A stretch of 64,000 bases of DNA from Eledone cirrhosa (Eukaryota): assembly GCA_964016885.1 (NCBI GenBank), contig OZ024740.1:216566001-216630000 (forward strand). Reading direction: 5' to 3'. The notes beneath the pieces were generated by a model. It worked only from the letters and a program-made list of their open reading frames with translations, did no database searches and was not told the origin of the DNA. The first letter of the stretch is position 1. Every line of letters starts with the position of its first letter. Below, piece after piece: positions 53,970 through 64,000 of the stretch. The position numbers were made by a program, and so were the translations under genes.

Positions 53970-54628
53970 CTGCTAACATGCCATGATGATGAAGCAGTTA
54001 ACTGAATATGAAGAAAATATTTGAGTTGCAGCAAACGATGTAAATAAATATAAAAATGAACGATTCATATTTCAATTTTTTTTTTCTTTTTATAATGCAT
54101 AACCTATATTTGTTAACATTCTGTTTTTTTTTTTTTTCTTTTCTCCTTTTATTTAGAAACATTTTGTTTGTGAATCTCTGGACAAACTGTACATATGCCT
54201 TACAGCTTTACAGCAGACACTAAAGTTAAATTTAGATAAAAATTAAAGCTACAGTTGTTTATCTGAAAAGAACAATAGTTTTAACAAACAATGAAACAAA
54301 ATAACATTATTGATGTCAACTAAACTGAAAATACAACTTGATCACGTTTACTTTTGTGATCAGTTAAATAATTTTCATGTAGAAAATAAATTGAAACATC
54401 AAATATAAACAGTATATATGGACCTGTAAAATGTGAGATCTAATTTATACTATGGCCAATCTAGGTAAATATAACTGAATATGTATAGGGATTTGAAATG
54501 TTTCAACTGCTTTTCAAAGTAGTTTCATAATGTTCCTTTATTCCTTTACTAGCTTCTGTCATTAATCTGCCACCATGATGGGACATTACTTTTAATATTG
54601 TCCAGCCAGTCATATCAGCCCCTGTATG

Positions 54629-54827
54629 TACGATGGTTGGCTGAAAAGTTCATAGGCTATGAAGGAGTGATGCTAAAGCTGTGAAATCTTGTATGCATTC
54701 ATTTCAAACTCTTCTCATTAATAACTGCATTGTTTCCTTCATGGAACTATGTTGAAAAATAAACCTCATTTGGTCATTCCATGAGAGTATCTTGGTCAGT
54801 TTGTGAACTTTTCAGCTTACACTCGTA
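54629..54827. mobile_element. Mariner-type MITE
   Basis: TA-CGATGGTTGGCTGAAAAGTTCA / TGAACTTTTCAGCTTACACTCG-TA imperfect TIRs with TA at both ends. Confidence 0.7.
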
Positions 54828-56740
54828 GTTATTTCAAGTCTGGTGTCTTTAGGTTAAGGTGGTCAGTTTTGGGATATAAACGAAGACACAGGACACACTG
54901 TAGGTTTTCTGCACAGTTTTTGTTTACCAAATTTTACCCACAAAGCATTGTTCTACAAAAGACTATAGTAGACACTTGACCAAGTAGGGTTGTGCTTGAA
55001 ATCACAAGGTTGCAAAGTAACAACCACACATCCATGCCTACACAGCATCACTTAAATAAACATAGCTAAAATATTACCTTGTTTAGAATAAAGTAGTATA
55101 GTTAACACAAAGTATTGTGAGATATATAATAAATGACTGATAAGTTTCAAAAAGCCGGTACAATATGGTAGGAATATATATAAAGGTAAATGATGTAAAA
55201 TAAACAAAACAAAGTAGTGTTTTATCCAGTATATTTCAACATAATATTTCAGGGCTAATACCCTCTGTTCAAAATGAAATTACAATTGATGTATAGTTCC
55301 TTAACTAGCCTACATGTCTGAAATAGGCATGCACGAAGTTGTTATAGTAACCAGTCTGCTTCGTGTATTTCCAATCTATTATTTAGCTGTAGTATTTTTC
55401 CAGTTGATGATAATGGCCTCTTTGGTTCTTAAATTGCCTGTATTCCTTTCTGTTTTCTTTCAATTTGGTTTGTTCTTCATCATTAAGTCTTGCTGTTGAT
55501 TATCTCAGTTTTCTGTAACTCTCACCAAACTTCTGTTTCTGGTTCAGAAAAATAAATTTTCTCATTAAATCTCAAATTTATTCATTTTCTTATTCATATT
55601 TAATTAATTTATTTATAATTGTTGTTAAAACGGTGTTTAAAAGGATTTTCAATTGATGAAGTGAGATTGTTTAGTCTTGTCTGACATTTTATTTACTGGA
55701 ATCTGTGTAAAAATAGGAGCTATTTCTTTTGTCTTATTAATTAGAATTAGAAATGACAAAACAAACCACTGAACTTAGGCTAACTTGGAAAAGGATTTGT
55801 AAAAAAATATTTAAAAAAAAAAGTCAAATTGCTATAGTCATCATCATCATCATCCTTGTTTAATGTCCATTTTCCATGATAGCATGGGTCAGGTGAGGTG
55901 AGGTGACTGTCTCTTGATCGTACAGAACTGTTTTGGGCCTGGTTTTTATGGCTGGATGCCCTTCCTAATGACAACCTCATTTACAATGTTGATTGGAGGA
56001 TTTTTGTCATGTTACCAACACAATCACTTTACAGCATTTACTAAAACTGTTATGTATCTAATTATAGATATTTATGCACAAGACAAACACAATGTATGTT
56101 AGAAAAGCTAATATAGATTCTATAATTTATAAATAAAACTATATCACTTCAGTTTTTTATAAGCTTTGCTGGGAAAATGAATGTGTGGATTCTTTTATTT
56201 TCTTCATCATCATCACTATTGTACATTGATTTTCCAGGCATAGGTTGGATGGGTTGTTGCATTCTGAGACTAGGCAGGTCAGATGACCATATCTCACTCA
56301 TACATTCCACTTTGCCATGATTTCTACACCTGGATGCCCTTCCCAATGCCAACCACTTTAAAGTGTGTACTGGGTACATTTTACTATGGCACCAGGAGTA
56401 TATATTTTGTAAAGTGTACAGGGTACATTTTATCATGGCACCAACACTATGACTTTACATAGCATACTGGGTGTACTTTATCATGGCAAAGATATTGCTT
56501 TTACACATTTCACAAGTTTTTGGCCATTCACCAGAAGCCAAGTAAATTTATTGTTCATTTTCACAATGAGGTTTATAACAAAACCGAAATTATTATTTAT
56601 GTCTTTGAAGGATATATGATAGAGTTTATTGTAAAGTTTGCTGTAAAGATAGAATTTACACTAGATTTTACCAACCACTGAGCTGGAACATTTGTTTAAT
56701 GTATCTTTTTCAATATGCTGATATAAATTGTATAAGATAC

Positions 56741-56778
<38 letters not shown>

Positions 56779-57332
56779 CATACATACTGTATCGTTTGAT
56801 CTATGAGATATCATTTTCTAAGATAGTATCTAGTTTATCAGAAAGTCCTTCTTCAGTCTCTGCCTCACTCTCAATTATTTATATTTACATGTTAATATCT
56901 TTTTTTAAGCATACAAAATATTAAGTTGCATTGTTGTCAGAACATAACATATTGCAGCTATTGCACATTGCAGCTGTTGCATTCAACTTTAAAGTAAGTA
57001 GCTGCTTAACTGCTTGTATTTCTCAATAATTTCTTATTTTCTTGCTGTTTAGATTTATAATTTCTCTATACAGTGCTGAATACTGAATGTAAAGTAGCCA
57101 TAATTTAAAGAGACTTTCTCTTATTTAAGGGACTGCAAACTATTACAAGGACCGTAAACTATTAAATGTCCCACTTTATAGAAATATTGATTAAACAAAA
57201 AAAAATAAAAAAACGTTTTGGATTACAGGAAAAAAAATTACCATTCCTCTCATATGAGAATTTCAAGTTGTGAAATGATCATATTGATGAAAAGAAACCT
57301 AAGGTTATCTATATTTTGAAAACGCATTCTAT

Positions 57333-58096
57333 ATCATCATCATCATTTTTGCATCCATTTTACCATGTTTGCATGGGTTCGACATGTCCTTTTCAGCACA
57401 GCATCTCTCCAGTTGTAGCCTTCATTTGTCATCTCTGTGTGTCTCAGCGATTTGAGATCAGCTCTCACCACCTTTTCCCAGGTCTTCCGTGGTCTATCTC
57501 TATTACGGTTTCCTTCCACTGAGATTTCCTGACACTTCTTCACCCAGTGACCATCATCAATACACATCACATGCCCATACCGATGTAGCCTTCTCCCTTA
57601 CACACCACTTTGGATCCCTCTCAAACCCAGTTTTTCCCTCAGTTCATCCCATCAGTGCCTTTCTCTCATATTTACATTGCACATCCAATGAAGCATTGTT
57701 ACTTCATTTCTCTCCAACCTATACATGTCCGCTGGAGTCAATACCCATGTCTCACTACCATGCAGCCTTGCACGTAGCACACAGGCATTATACAGTTGTT
57801 CTTTTGTACTTAAGGAGAAACCTTTTGTTGTTAACAGTGGGAGTAGTTCTCTAAACTTCTTCCATCCTATCCTTATTCTCACTACCATGCAGCCTTGCAC
57901 GTAGCACACAGGCATTATACAGTTGTTCTTTTGTACTTAAGGAGAAACCTTTTGTTGTTAACAGTGGGAGTAGTTCTCTAAACTTCTTCCATCCTATCCT
58001 TATTCTAGCTATTATGCTCTCATAGCACCCTCCTCCTCTGCTAATTAAGTTACCTAGATAGCAGAAGCTATCAACCACTTCGATTTTTTCAATCAT
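57333..58096 (-). mobile_element. RTE-clade LINE 3' fragment with ~127-bp internal tandem duplication
   Basis: VDSFCYLG..GGGC..ARIRIGWKKFRELLPLL..LHGSETW..RPRKTW. The segment ~57751-57877 is repeated at ~57878-58004. Confidence 0.88.
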
Positions 58097-61002
58097 ATAA
58101 AATCATTTGTAATGTATTTCAGAATTTTACTTGTGTATCAAGTGAGTTGATCTGAAACCCTGTGTTGAAGCTGAATCAATTACATCATGGTTTGAACAAT
58201 TTTAGATAACCCCTTATCTACCCAAGATAATTATTTTACCCTCTTTCAAAATAAGTGAAAAGGGAATATAACAGTTTTTGTGGTGTTAGGAATGGAATCT
58301 AGCTTAGAAAACTTACCAAACAAAGATTCAGGAAGACTGTTCAGCTAATCTCATCTGCGTTGATGATCTACACGATAAATGCACCTTGTACACTCTGTAA
58401 AGAGGTTTGTAATAGGAAGGGTATCTAGTCATAGACAGCCTCTTTGGTGCTGGTGTCACAGTGAAATATACTTGGTGGTGTACAGGATCATATATAAATC
58501 ACCAGTCTATTTCAGCACTTAGTGGAGTGCAGGAACATATGTAAGATGTACCTCTGCTTGAGTACCAATCCTGACTGTTGAAGACATGTCCAACCCATAC
58601 TAGACATTAAATGATAATGATGATGATGATGATGATGGTGCATTCACTTAAGGTTTTTTTTTGTAGCTCAGGTTAGCCCTGATAATAATAATTATTATTT
58701 TTATATTAGGTAGATCTATAGGCAGTACTTATAGCTTTCAAAGGCCTTCTGAGACCAGTGAGTATATTTATGCTCAAGGACACTTCAGTCATACCCATCC
58801 TATCATTTTATATATCTAGAAGTACATTGTCTATGGTATACTTACTATAAAATGGTATGGCATGATTTGAGGAACATTTGGCTACTATTTCTAGTAGATA
58901 CTATAACATCATTGTATCATTGTATTCTCTTCCTCTCTCCTCTACAACTATATTCCTGCTGTCCAGACATAACACAATCTCTACCATCCATGTCTATTGT
59001 CTTTTAGTCTCCTCTACTTGTCTTTCCTGCTACAACTATATTTCTACTTCAGCTCTAGGGGATTATTTTATTGTTTTAGTATGAAAAATGCAAAGGAAAC
59101 AACAGCATACCATTCAAATATTTAATGGTCCTCACAGACAAAATGGTGTGTGCATTATTCTAATGGATGGCGAAGGAGATGCACTAAAAATAATAATAAA
59201 AATCTAACATTCCTGCTCCTCTAAAGTATGTTGTGATGTATCATTACTATATTTCTGCTTCTCTAAACACATGCTGTACCCTCCAATCCTTGTATGCTCC
59301 TGCCAACTCTACTCTGTCTTTCTTCCCAAACTTACTAAACACTTTCTCAAATCCTTTCCACTAAGAAATGCTACCCTTTGCAATTCTTCACCTTCCTTGT
59401 TTTTTTATACTGTCATACAGATTCTATAGTTAAGTATCCACTACATTGACCTCACAAGTCTGGGAGGGTATATCTACAAAATCTATCAACTAAATAATAA
59501 CAAAAAAATATCTAAATTTATTTGTAAGTCATAGATTGAAACCTTATAAATATATATATTTGTTTGATTTCATTATCTCTGCTAAAGTCATTGATTTTGT
59601 TTGGGACTGTGTTTATCTTCTTTGATAAAAACTTCCATATATTATCTGTTTGATCTGATTTTCAGCTTACATTTAGCTGCATATGTAGCATTAAAGCTAT
59701 GACTAAAAACCTAATAAAATATTAATATATCATTTGTTTTTGTGTAGATATGATATTATAGCAATATATATGTGTGATCAGGTAAAACTGTTTATGTACA
59801 GTTTTCTATATCTAATGTAATTATTAATTTTATGGCTGTATGTGTAGTTTCTGCTTCTTGTGAAAGGTAGTGTTATAAATACATTAATACATGCTACCTT
59901 AATCTATCTCTGATACTATATAATAACACTTTTGTAAATGCTGTATCAAAATCTACTGATTTTGAATATCATCATCATCATCTTCATAGTTTTAATATTC
60001 ATTTTCCCATGCTGGCATAAATTAGGTAAGTCTGTAGTATGGCATCTCATCTGTGAGGCTCAAAGATTATTTTGGCAGTTTTGCAATAAATCAAAATTTC
60101 TCTTTTTAATAGCTGGATAGAATTCTCATTTAAAAGCTTTTATGATGAATCTCAACTAGTAAACATCTCTTTAGAGAATAATTTAATTTCAAAAGCCCCC
60201 CACCCTTCCTTCCACATTCTACTGTTTATATAGGTGTGTGTATGTGTGTGTGAATTTTCTTATATAGATTTCTGCAAATAAATACTTGTACCCGTATATA
60301 TATTATTATGGTGAAGTTTTGTTTGGTAAGGCTAAACTAACATCTGTTGTGCAGTGGAATTATTCTACCATGAAACCACATCCCATCTTTGATCAACGGT
60401 CAAATACTGTTTTATAATCAGAAATAGTGACAAACATCTTTAGAATGAGTTGAGACTTTTTCTCTCCATATATCACAGTAGTTTTTTGTATCATTCACAT
60501 GCTATGTCATTTTCTTCCACTTCTGCAGCTAGTACAATAATCCGTTTCTTTTTCTATTATGGTGTGTGATGATGTAACTATTTATTGCTCAATGTGAAAC
60601 TCAAAGCCAGTTAAAATTTAATATTCTGTATTTATTCACAATTGTATAAATGACATTACAAATTGTTTATAATTCTTACAGAATGAAATAAACATACAAA
60701 TAATATATACAATACTTATTTACATAAATATTCCATATTAAAATACAAATTCAAATGGAAGGTAAATATATTATAATCATGCTGTTTCACATAAAAATAG
60801 AATTCATGGAACCTTATAAATATAATACACAAGAAAGGTGGGGAACAAAAACAAAAACTACCATCAATTCACCACCAAATGTGACAATCGGTCGCACATC
60901 ACTGTATTGTATTTATGAAAAATGATTTTTTTTTCTCACAATATCTGTATTAATATTCAATGTAAAACATAGATGGGAGGGTATAGATGTAAAATTAAAT
61001 AG

Positions 61003-61370
61003 CCTATATTGCCCCCCCCCCTCATCTGTAGGGAGTCATCTATATTGCCCCTTCCCCACCTGTAGGTAGCCATCTATATTACCCCCCCCATCATCTGTAG
61101 GCAGACATCTATATTGCCCCTCCCCTATCTGTAGGCGGACATCTATATTGCCCCCCCCCCCATCTGTAGGCAGCCATTTATATTACCCCCACCCCATCAT
61201 CTGTAGACAGCCATTTATATTACCCCCACCCCATCACCTGTACGCAGCCATCTATATTACTCCCCACCTCATCATCTGTAGGCAGCCATCTATATTGCAC
61301 CCCCCCCCATCATCTGTAGGCAGCCATCTATATTACCCCCACCCCCTCCCCCATCTGTAGGCAGACATTT
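61003..61370. repeat. Minisatellite, ~32-36-bp unit with variable C run, ~11 copies
   Basis: Unit CCATCTATATTRCCCCCCC(CAT)CATCTGTAGGCAG. Confidence 0.88.
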
Positions 61371-61425
61371 CAGTATCTTTATCTGTACAGCTCATTGACA
61401 ATTATATTTATATTATTATTATTGA

Positions 61426-61775
61426 GGGTGGTGGATTGGCAGAATCGGTAGAGCGTCAGGCACCATGCTTTGCAGCATAGAGTTATGGCCCTTTAAGAGT
61501 TCAAATCCCACCAAGGTTAGCTTTCCCTTTCATCCTTACAGGGTTGATAAAATAAAGTACCAGTAATGCACTGGGTCAATTTAATCGATTTCCTTTCCCC
61601 AAATTGCTGGCCTTGTGCCTATAGTAGAAATCATCATTATACAGCCCTTTCCATTCTGAGTTCAAATCCCGCCGCGGTTAACTTTGCCTTTCATCCTTAC
61701 GGGGTCGATAAAATAAAGTACCAGTAATACACTGGGTAACTGCTGGCCTTGTGCCAAAAGTAGAAACAATTATTA
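61426..61775 (+). mobile_element. Two tandem SINE family A copies
   Basis: Full copy at 61426-61640 and 5'-truncated copy at 61644-61775. Confidence 0.85.
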
Positions 61776-61806
61776 TGATTATATATATTTATATATATAT
61801 ATATAT

Positions 61807-61970
61807 GGAAGATCTCCAGAGACTCAACTTCACCTTGGAGGATACAGAGGGGTTGGCATGGAACTACCAGCGATGAGGTGGACCTGGTAGGCTCTGTGCA
61901 TGATGTCGCCTCTGGGATCACTGACCTAGGATGTCATCTGTCCCATCAAGCAAGAGCAAGAAGAAGAAGT
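61807..61970 (+). mobile_element. Short RTE-like 3' end
   Basis: EDLQRLNFTLEDTEGLAWNYQR*..LV resembles an RTE terminus. It has a (GAA)n tail and its 5' end joins (TA)n. Confidence 0.45.
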
Positions 61971-62050
61971 GAATTTAAGTCAATGTTTAGTTATGTATAA
62001 ACCATAAGAAATGAAATGAAGAAAGAAAGAAGCAGTGATACTTTCTTCCA

Positions 62051-62266
62051 TTAACCCTTTAGTATTTACATTATTCTATATTTACAATTGCATTTTTACA
62101 GTAAAGGCTTTATCTTACATAATTAGCTCATATAATATTGAATCTACAAGATTTTGTTGTTATTTATCTTGAGAACAATACTTTAATGTAGGTATGAGTG
62201 ACTGGTTACAGCCGGTTTGAACAGAAAGAGTTGAGAGAGTTTGGGCTGGAAATGCTAAAGGGTTAA
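62051..62266. mobile_element. TTAA-flanked (piggyBac-like) MITE
   Basis: TTAACCCTTTTAGTATTT / AAATGCTAAAGGGTTAA inverted ends. Confidence 0.7.
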
Positions 62267-62660
62267 ACAATAATGATGTTACTCTATTTGTAGGAAGTTG
62301 GTAGGTGGTGGGGTGGGGATATGACATGTGAATGATACACAACATATGATATAAGAAAATATTACACCTCATTCTGAACCAGGAATTTAAAGTTCAAATA
62401 TGTTTGTCTCCATTTCTGACCCAAACCAGCCTTTGATTGCTGGTCAAAGATAGCGTTTGGCTATAAAGTAGACTAATCCTGTTGCACAACAGATATCGGT
62501 TCCAATCTTACCAAAACATCACCAGTTACAATGAACTTCAATGAAAAATATTTTAATCTTTCTACCAGGAGTAAAATGGATGTTAAATCATGATATTGTG
62601 ATAGTTGTGTGTGTGTGTATATACATATATATAGAGAGAGAGAAATTTACAAAATCATTA

Positions 62661-62848
62661 TGGTGGATTGGCAGTATCGGTAGAGGGTTGGACGCCATGC
62701 TTTCTAGCATAGTTACGTCCCTTTACAGTCTCAGTTCAAATCCCGCTGAGGTTAACTTTGCCTTTCATCCTTACGGGGTCGATAAAATAAAGTACCAGTA
62801 ATGTACTGAGTAATTGATGGCCTTGTGCCAAAAGTGGAAACAATTATT
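62661..62848 (+). mobile_element. SINE family A (short form)
   Basis: Full consensus-like copy. Confidence 0.85.
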
Positions 62849-62911
62849 TAAAACACCACATTCCAGAAGAGTGAGAACATCATTTATTGCATAACACACA
62901 GACACAGACAG

Positions 62912-62971
<60 letters not shown>

Positions 62972-64000
62972 TGAATAATAAAAACAAAAAGTGAAGTTTA
63001 GTGCTTAATCAGTTCATTGTTTTGCAATCGTTTCAGAAGGTTGATTGATCATGATAAATCAATATAGTGACTAATTGATAGTAGTTATGTAGCTCTATAT
63101 TATTAGTTTCAATACTCCAGATCCATCTCACCATCTTTGTCACTATCTATGACTCTACCACAGTTAAATACCAGTAGCTATGTTTTATTTAAACATCTAT
63201 TTTTACACATGTCCTCAAGGGGACATTTAGCCAGTGTAGTACTTTTACATGAAGTCATAATATTCTCTCAAATATCATTGATATAATTAAACAGTAGCTA
63301 TAGTTTGAAAAGTATGAACCTACTTCACTATAGATTCTAATATTGGATTGTTATGTTTTCAACATATAACATATACAGCAAATAGACTTTCAAGATAGAT
63401 GTTTGTGTATGTGTGTATGTGTGTGTATGTATATGTGTGTATATATATATATATATGTGTGTGTATGTATGTCTGTATATGTGTGTGTATGTATGTTCAT
63501 GTCTATGTTTGTGTTGGCAATTTACTTGTAGGCTAATTAGCAAAAAGATATTTCAATTATTTGTGCTGACAGACAATATCTTACATTAATGCCATTGCAA
63601 ACATATTTATTGATTTCTATAGATAAATACAATACATGGTTTGATTTTTATAAGTATTGATTATGGTAGAGTCTTAGGTGATGTCATGAGGCAGCTTCAA
63701 ATGAGAATTGAAACATTAAAAAAAACTTCCTTATATAGGTAAGAGGTAGGGGTAGATTGAGGAAGACAGAGCTGTGCAGAAGTAGTGAAAGCAGGTATCA
63801 GGATGTTGAATTTCTCAAAGATGGCAAAATAAAGAGACAAGAGTAGGAATGCTATACTAAAGAGGATTCGTCCAGTCCATACAAACATGAAAGAACTGAT
63901 ATAAAAATGATGATTCTATGAAACCTACTCCAACTTAATAATTATGAGATTGATGACATAAGTCTGCAGTAATAGACATTATATTTCATTTCTTTTTTGT

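Noticed and set aside
57751-58004. Functional domain duplication in RTE
   Set aside because: It is a near-identical tandem duplication that breaks the frame. A local duplication or assembly artefact is more likely, as at 41425-41650.

Overview
AT-rich, repeat-dominated eukaryotic (animal) DNA, probably intronic or intergenic. I recognise no host protein-coding exon. The repeat landscape looks like a coleoid cephalopod such as Octopus, but this is inference only. It consists of huge (TA)n/(TG)n microsatellites, tRNA-derived SINEs, RTE and CR1 LINE fragments, MITEs and several minisatellites. The only near-full-length element is a decayed L1/Tx1-clade LINE (~49.18-53.94 kb) sitting in an (ATT)n tract with a 200-N gap. 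Most long ORFs in the track are translations of simple repeats. The most interesting signal is non-coding: at least four sequence-unrelated short repeats carry type I hammerhead ribozyme folds (23815-23850; 27667-27736 and 39219-39284; 39443-39493; 42496-42543, which has an inactivated inverted copy in a fold-back element). Most sit in or beside (TA)n tracts, suggesting a Penelope-like/retrozyme-type system of self-cleaving RNAs. All structures were read by eye; none was checked by computation or database search.
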